DNA from: Minisyncoccia bacterium
GTDB taxonomy: Bacteria > Patescibacteriota > Minisyncoccia > SW-4-49-11
Direction: 5' to 3'
Length of the DNA stretch: 64,000 nt
Assembly (NCBI GenBank): GCA_044356325.1
Contig: JBIKWJ010000002.1
Coordinates: 94,327-158,326, forward strand
Shown here: piece after piece, positions 58,666 to 64,000 of the stretch
Numbering within the stretch: the first letter of the stretch is position 1
Layout: every line of letters starts with the position of its first letter
Notes under the pieces: model-generated
The model's database searches: none
What the model was told of the DNA's origin: nothing
Seen by the model: the letters and a program-made list of their open reading frames with translations, nothing else
Made by a program: the position numbers and the translations under genes

Positions 58666-60687
58666 ATTTTTAATTAAGGCTATTTCATCCCGCAAATCTT
58701 TTGCTTTCTCAAAATCTAATGCTTGAGCCGCTATATTCATTTGTTTGGTTAATTCTTCTATCATAAATTCTCGCTCCGATATATCGAGAGAAGATATTTT
58801 TTGCTGCAATAGCTCTTTTTTCTTATCTTTGATAATACTTGACCGTATATCTTTTTTAATTCCCTGAGGTTTAATATTATGAGCAGTATTATATGTTTCT
58901 TGAATATCTCGGCGACGATCAGTCTCAGCAATAGCTCTCTCAATAGATTTGGTCCTTTTATTGGCATACAGAATAACCTTTCCATTTTGATGTCGGGCAG
59001 CTCTTCCAATTGTTTGAATTAGGGAGGTTTCATTACGCAAAAACCCCTCTTTATCTGCATCCAAGATAGCAACCAAAGATACCTCAGGTAAATCCAATCC
59101 TTCTCGAAGCAAATTAATTCCAACCAAAACATCAAATTCCCCTTGCCGTAATTTGGTGAGAATTTCAGGTCTATCTAAGGTATCAATATCTGAGTGTAAA
59201 TATTCAGTTTTTATATCGCGCTCTTTGAGATAATCTGTGATATCCTCAGCCATTCTTTTGGTAAGAGTCAATATTAATACTCTTTCATCCTTGGCAATAA
59301 TAGTACCAATTTCCTGAATAATATCTTGAATTTGATTATCTGTGGGCCTGATTTCAATAACTGGCTCCAAAAGGCCTGTTGGGCGAATAATTTGCTCTGC
59401 AATACCATCTGGACTTTCTTTATATTGCTGTAATTCAATAATAGAATGAACCGTATCATTGGTAGAATGAGCTAATTCATATTCTCCAGGAGTAGCAGAA
59501 ACATACACAATATGAGGTATTTTAGCTTCAAATTCATAGAATTTTAAAGGTCTATTGTCTGCTGCAGAAGGTAATCTAAATCCAAAATCAATAAGGTTTT
59601 TTTTGCGAGCAGCGTCCCCATTATGCATACCCCTAACTTGGGGGAGAGTAATATGAGACTCATCAACTAAAGTAAGAAATTCATTATCAGACTCAAGAAA
59701 ATAATCAATGAGAGTATAAGGAGGTTCTCCCGGTGCACGACCAGTTAAATAGCGAGAATAATTCTCAATTCCTTTAGTGAAACCGACCTCAGATAACATT
59801 TCTGCATCATAATTAACCCTCTCTTCGATACGCTGAGCCTCTACTAATTTATTGTGTTTTTTAAAAAATGCCACTCTCTCAGACATCTCCTCCTTGATAA
59901 GGGGAATCATATTATCCACCTTGGTTCGAGTAGAAATCCAATGAGTAGCGGGGAATATTCGATAAGAATCAATATACTTAGCAGGAAGTTGTTCCAAAAT
60001 ACTGTCCTGATATTCATTATAGGAAATAGTTTCAATAGTATCTCCCCAAAAGCTAATTTTGACCAAGCGCTTTTCTCCAGGTTCATGAATTTCTACCACA
60101 TCCCCCTTAATACGAAAACATCCCGGCTTAAAATCAATATCATTACGGCTATACTGAATACTGATCAAAGAGCGTATAAAATCATCTCTTTGAATTTTTT
60201 GCCCAATTTCAATAATTACCGATAAATTCCCATAATCTTCAGGGGATCCAATACCATAAATACAAGATACTGATGAAATAATAATAGTATCAGGATTTGA
60301 TAATAAACTTTGAGTGGCTGCATGACGTAATCGCTCTACCTGATCATTGGTCATCGACTCCTTTTCAATATACGTATCAGAAGAGGGAAGATAGCTTTCA
60401 GGTTGATAATAGTCATAATAGGATACAAAATAATGAACATTGTTCTCCGGAAAAAAGTCACGAAACTCCTGATATAATTGGGCTGCAAGAGTTTTGTTAT
60501 GAGAAATAATAAGAGTTGGTTTTTGATACTTTTCAATCAAATGAGCCATAGTAAAGGTTTTTCCTGAACCAGTTACTCCCAGTAGGGTTTGATGAGCACG
60601 CCCCTCAGCCAACCCTCGACTTAATTTGTCGATGGCTTGAGGCTGATCACCTTTTGGCTCATAATGAGAGGAAATTTTAAACTTCAT
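58654..60687 (-). CDS. uvrB: Excinuclease ABC subunit B
   Basis: GVTGSGKT, HNKTLAAQL, YYDYYQPE, DESH, QTIGRAAR; UVR tail. Confidence 0.98.
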   Translation of the reverse strand: MKFKISSHYEPKGDQPQAIDKLSRGLAEGRAHQTLLGVTGSGKTFTMAHLIEKYQKPTLIISHNKTLAAQLYQEFRDFFPENNVHYFVSYYDYYQPESYLPSSDTYIEKESMTNDQVERLRHAATQSLLSNPDTIIISSVSCIYGIGSPEDYGNLSVIIEIGQKIQRDDFIRSLISIQYSRNDIDFKPGCFRIKGDVVEIHEPGEKRLVKISFWGDTIETISYNEYQDSILEQLPAKYIDSYRIFPATHWISTRTKVDNMIPLIKEEMSERVAFFKKHNKLVEAQRIEERVNYDAEMLSEVGFTKGIENYSRYLTGRAPGEPPYTLIDYFLESDNEFLTLVDESHITLPQVRGMHNGDAARKKNLIDFGFRLPSAADNRPLKFYEFEAKIPHIVYVSATPGEYELAHSTNDTVHSIIELQQYKESPDGIAEQIIRPTGLLEPVIEIRPTDNQIQDIIQEIGTIIAKDERVLILTLTKRMAEDITDYLKERDIKTEYLHSDIDTLDRPEILTKLRQGEFDVLVGINLLREGLDLPEVSLVAILDADKEGFLRNETSLIQTIGRAARHQNGKVILYANKRTKSIERAIAETDRRRDIQETYNTAHNIKPQGIKKDIRSSIIKDKKKELLQQKISSLDISEREFMIEELTKQMNIAAQALDFEKAKDLRDEIALIKNLQE

Positions 60688-60792
60688 ATCTATTAGTATA
60701 CCATTAAATATTGTGATAGCAATGCTTATAAAAATATATTCACCAAATGAAATATATATGATATAATAAAGTTAACATAAAATATACTCAAT

Positions 60793-61173
60793 ATGGCAGA
60801 AAATAAAAAAACAGTATTACTCGTAGAAGATGATATTTTTCTTAGAGAATTAGTTGGTATCAAATTACGTGAGTCCAAATATCAAGTAACTGAAGCCTCT
60901 AATGGTAAAGAGGGATTAGAAAAACTATTAGCTCAAGAATATGATATTGTTCTTTTGGATATTATGATTCCTATCAAGACAGGTTTTGAAGTGTTAGAAG
61001 AATATAAGAAAAAAAAGGCAGATACTATTAATTCCAAAATTGTAATAATGAGTAATCTTAATGAACAAAATTATATTACTAAAGCCTTAAAATTGGGTGC
61101 AATAGATTATGTTATTAAAGCACATTATTCCCCCACTGAAATAGTAGCAAAAATCAATCAATTATTACAATAA
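60793..61173 (+). CDS. Single-domain response regulator
   Basis: LVEDD, LLDIMIP, K motif. Confidence 0.9.
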   Translation: MAENKKTVLLVEDDIFLRELVGIKLRESKYQVTEASNGKEGLEKLLAQEYDIVLLDIMIPIKTGFEVLEEYKKKKADTINSKIVIMSNLNEQNYITKALKLGAIDYVIKAHYSPTEIVAKINQLLQ

Positions 61174-61174
61174 T

Positions 61175-62314
61175 ATGAAAACTTTTCTTAAGCGTTGGAA
61201 TACATTAACCAGCAAACAAAAATATACAGTATATGGACTTTTCGTTTTTATAGTTGTGGGAGTTTTTGGCATAGGAATATATGCTTTTACACGTAGCTCA
61301 GACACTTCTTCCGATATAGTTGCTGGTACACAAGATAAAAAAACTGATGCGGCCGGAAATATATTAAACCCAAGTGAAGAGGAAGTTACAAATGCGAGTC
61401 CACTGAGTGGTATTCAATGTGATAATTATAAACAAAGACCAGTGGCTGTAATGATGGCGGGAGACGCTGTAGCAAGGCCATTATCTGGACTTAGTCAGGC
61501 AGATATTGTGGTAGAAATGCCCGTAATAACTGGTAGTGTAACGAGATTAATGGGAGTTTTTGTGTGTAATCTGCCACAAGAAGTTGGTTCAATTCGCAGT
61601 GCTAGACATGATTATATTAGTTTGGTAAGGGGTTGGAATGCTATTTATGTACATTGGGGAGGATCTCACTTTGCTCTTGATGAGCTCAAAACCGGGAAGA
61701 GATATACCGGTGAAAACCTAGGAAAAATATCAGATATTGATGCGATGTCATCAAGTGGACCATTTTTCCGTAAAAGTACAGCGCCAGCTCCTCATAATGG
61801 ATTTGCTTCCTTACCAAAAGTTCTAGATTTAGCAAAATCTCGAGGCTATTCTCTTACTACTGACTTTGAGGGATATAATTTTCAAAGTAATCAAAATATT
61901 GACTCTGAAAAAGTAAATGCAAAAAATGGAACTTTATACGTAGGGTTTGGAGGGGTGTTTGCAACTCGTTGGCAATATAATAAAGATACCAATAGTTATA
62001 CTCGATATTGGGCTGGACAAAAAGATACTGATAGAGGGAATAATAATGCAGATATTACCCCTAAAAATATTGTTGTTATCAGAGCCTCATCTCGTCAAAT
62101 TGAGGGACAATACAATGAGGTTAGTTTTTATGGTAAAGGAGAGGGAAAACTATATCAAAATGGTCAAGAAAAAACTATCACTTGGAAAAAAGAAGGGTTT
62201 AAAGATACTTTGAGATTTTACAATGAAGTGGGAGAGGAAATTGCACTTGTTCCGGGATCAACTTTTATTCAAGTTCTCGAACCAAATCAAAGTTTGAAAT
62301 GGGAGCTTAATTAG
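61175..62314 (+). CDS. DUF3048 family membrane-anchored protein
   Basis: RPVAVM, GLSQADIV.E, GSIRSAR, APHN motifs. Confidence 0.85.
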   Translation: MKTFLKRWNTLTSKQKYTVYGLFVFIVVGVFGIGIYAFTRSSDTSSDIVAGTQDKKTDAAGNILNPSEEEVTNASPLSGIQCDNYKQRPVAVMMAGDAVARPLSGLSQADIVVEMPVITGSVTRLMGVFVCNLPQEVGSIRSARHDYISLVRGWNAIYVHWGGSHFALDELKTGKRYTGENLGKISDIDAMSSSGPFFRKSTAPAPHNGFASLPKVLDLAKSRGYSLTTDFEGYNFQSNQNIDSEKVNAKNGTLYVGFGGVFATRWQYNKDTNSYTRYWAGQKDTDRGNNNADITPKNIVVIRASSRQIEGQYNEVSFYGKGEGKLYQNGQEKTITWKKEGFKDTLRFYNEVGEEIALVPGSTFIQVLEPNQSLKWELN

Positions 62315-62333
62315 TGATTAGCTTGCGACAATC

Positions 62334-63356
62334 GTGATTATATCAATTTCTGGATCAGATACGTATCGTTCAAGAGAAAAACTTTATTCTATACAAGAAT
62401 TAGGAATTCAGAAACAGGCAAAACAAGAGGTCTTTGATTTTACTGAAATTGTATTACCAGACACTCCTGAAATAGTATTATCTCGATTAAAACAAAGTCT
62501 CAATACGAGTTCTTTATTTACTGAAAAAAGATTACTTATTATTAGAGGATTAGCTTCCCTGCCTAAAGCCTTATATACTACAATCAAAAAAAGTTTATCT
62601 ATTCTCAAAGATAATGCCGATATTATTGTATTATTTTATGATACAGTAAGTATACTCAAAACCCATCCACTAACAAAAACTCTAGATCAAGTAAAAGCAA
62701 AAAACACGGAATATACTTTTTTATCAGAACCAAAAGTAATAGCCTATATTCATCAAATGAGCTTAGAGCAGGGTATAGATATCAAAAGAGATGGTATTAT
62801 ATATCTTATTTCTTATCAAAAAGCGCAGTATACATTAGCTCAAGAAAAATCAGACAATAGATCAAAATCAAAAGCTAATGCCTTTCAAATAGATTTATAT
62901 GCAATAGAATTGCTCTTAAATACATTATATAACTATTATGAAAATAAACCTATTACGGTTGAAATGCTCAAAATAATACTCCCGCAAGAACAATCATATA
63001 GTATATTTTCTTTAGCTGAATCAATATATGCAAGGAATTATGGCAAATATATTGCAACATTAAACTTTCTTCAAAAACAAGGTATAGAAGGGATAAAAGT
63101 ATATGGACTATTATTATCCCAAATCAAGACAGCACTTATTATCAAAATGTCTCAAGAAAGCCAAAAACAATATATTGATTATGTAAAAGGTCATCCCTAT
63201 ATACTCAAAATAACTGCTCAGAATATTCAATCTTGGAATTCTAAAGACCTCAAAAAAATATATTTAAATCTAATACAAGGAGATTATGAAATCAAATTTC
63301 AAGGTAAGAACCCCTATGATAAGCTAAAAGAATTGGGGCTAGAGGGGGTAACCTAA
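62334..63356 (+). CDS. holA: DNA polymerase III delta subunit
   Basis: SLF..KRLLII; IFSLAE; HPY; DY.IK pattern. Confidence 0.78.
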   Translation: MIISISGSDTYRSREKLYSIQELGIQKQAKQEVFDFTEIVLPDTPEIVLSRLKQSLNTSSLFTEKRLLIIRGLASLPKALYTTIKKSLSILKDNADIIVLFYDTVSILKTHPLTKTLDQVKAKNTEYTFLSEPKVIAYIHQMSLEQGIDIKRDGIIYLISYQKAQYTLAQEKSDNRSKSKANAFQIDLYAIELLLNTLYNYYENKPITVEMLKIILPQEQSYSIFSLAESIYARNYGKYIATLNFLQKQGIEGIKVYGLLLSQIKTALIIKMSQESQKQYIDYVKGHPYILKITAQNIQSWNSKDLKKIYLNLIQGDYEIKFQGKNPYDKLKELGLEGVT

Positions 63357-63388
63357 AAAGCTCCCAAATAAATCAGGAGCTTTTTAGG
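63357..63388. terminator. Bidirectional terminator between holA and rpsT
   Basis: AAAGCTCC..GGAGCTTTTT. Confidence 0.7.
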
Positions 63389-63396
63389 TTTAGGGC

Positions 63397-63666
63397 TTAT
63401 TTGGCAGTTAATGCTTGATTAAGCTTTGATGCGAGGCGTGATTTTTTGCGCGCTGCAGAATTCTTTTTCAAAATTCCTCGCTTAGCAGTCTTATCAATTG
63501 CCTTATAAACATTAGGCATAAATTCCTGAGCTTTTGTAATATCAGTTGAAAGATATCCTATAAACTCCTTTACAGAGTTTTTTAGTCTTTTCTTTACGAT
63601 ATTATTCTCAGCATTTTTCTTGAGAGATTGTCGATGTGCTTTAATAGCAGATTGTGTAATAGGCAT
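63397..63666 (-). CDS. rpsT: 30S ribosomal protein S20
   Basis: MPITQSAIK, IDKTAKRG, NSAARKKSRL motifs. Confidence 0.95.
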   Translation of the reverse strand: MPITQSAIKAHRQSLKKNAENNIVKKRLKNSVKEFIGYLSTDITKAQEFMPNVYKAIDKTAKRGILKKNSAARKKSRLASKLNQALTAK

Positions 63667-63670
63667 AGAT

Positions 63671-63895
63671 TTATCTGGTTACATAAGGAATAATTGATAA
63701 AAACCGAGCTCTTTTCATAGCCTTGGACAGATTTCTCTGATGATTTGCTCGAGTTCCTGTTCGGCGTGATGCTACGATTTTAGCTTGAGGAGTTAAAAAC
63801 ATCTTCAAAGTAACTGCATCCTTATAGTCTATTGCAACATTATTAGTGCTAAAATAGCATACCTTAGGGACTTTCTTCTTATTGTTCGTTCTCAT
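63671..63895 (-). CDS. rpsR: 30S ribosomal protein S18
   Basis: IDYKD, RRTG, QR.L..AMKRAR motifs. Confidence 0.95.
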   Translation of the reverse strand: MRTNNKKKVPKVCYFSTNNVAIDYKDAVTLKMFLTPQAKIVASRRTGTRANHQRNLSKAMKRARFLSIIPYVTR

Positions 63896-63909
63896 ACGTG
63901 GTAAATTAA

Positions 63910-64000
63910 TTAAAATGGAATTTCTTCTAAATCGATTTCATCCTCATCTAGATTGACAGTAGGAAGTTCTTCCTGAATGTCAGTTACTGGTTTTGAGGCA
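63910..64000 (-). CDS. ssb: Single-stranded DNA-binding protein (3' end, partial)
   Basis: Acidic tail ..[11 protein letters not shown] directly upstream of rpsR. Confidence 0.85.
   Translation of the reverse strand, partial: ASKPVTDIQEELPTVNLDEDEIDLEEIPF

Noticed and set aside
1-64000. Alternative genetic code (UGA=Gly, code 25)
   Set aside because: Core genes are full-length under code 11, and TGA ends complete genes such as pgl and the nuclease.

Overview
AT-rich bacterial chromosome segment around the replication origin, almost certainly from a Patescibacteria (CPR) genome. This is inferred from the short IF2 without its N-terminal domain, the PrgI-like/VirB4 pair, comM next to dnaN, and non-canonical tRNA loops. 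The housekeeping backbone includes yvcK-like, typA, pcrA/uvrD, rbfA-infB, rsmA, yidC-rnpA-rpmH, dnaA-oriC-dnaN-comM, dnaE, uvrB, holA, rpsT-rpsR-ssb and five tRNAs. Three unusual layers sit between these genes. (1) A stand-alone ~299-nt structured RNA (1777-2075, minus strand) has a consensus promoter, paired ends, an ACCA 3' end and a terminator. It is built from two covarying ~112-nt domains, each carrying a near-perfect copy of 16S rRNA helix 11; this is the best candidate for an undescribed system. (2) About 24 self-contained promoter-ORFan-terminator cassettes share a promoter family. One tandem pair in the dnaA-oriC interval has duplicated flanks but unrelated ORFs. (3) A dense set of palindromic repeats is present: GTAG-type REPs, double-hairpin elements, smaller palindromes nested in their loops, and a tRNA-3'-linked element. 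No transposase, integrase, reverse transcriptase or CRISPR array is visible in the window. All calls are by eye, without database searches.
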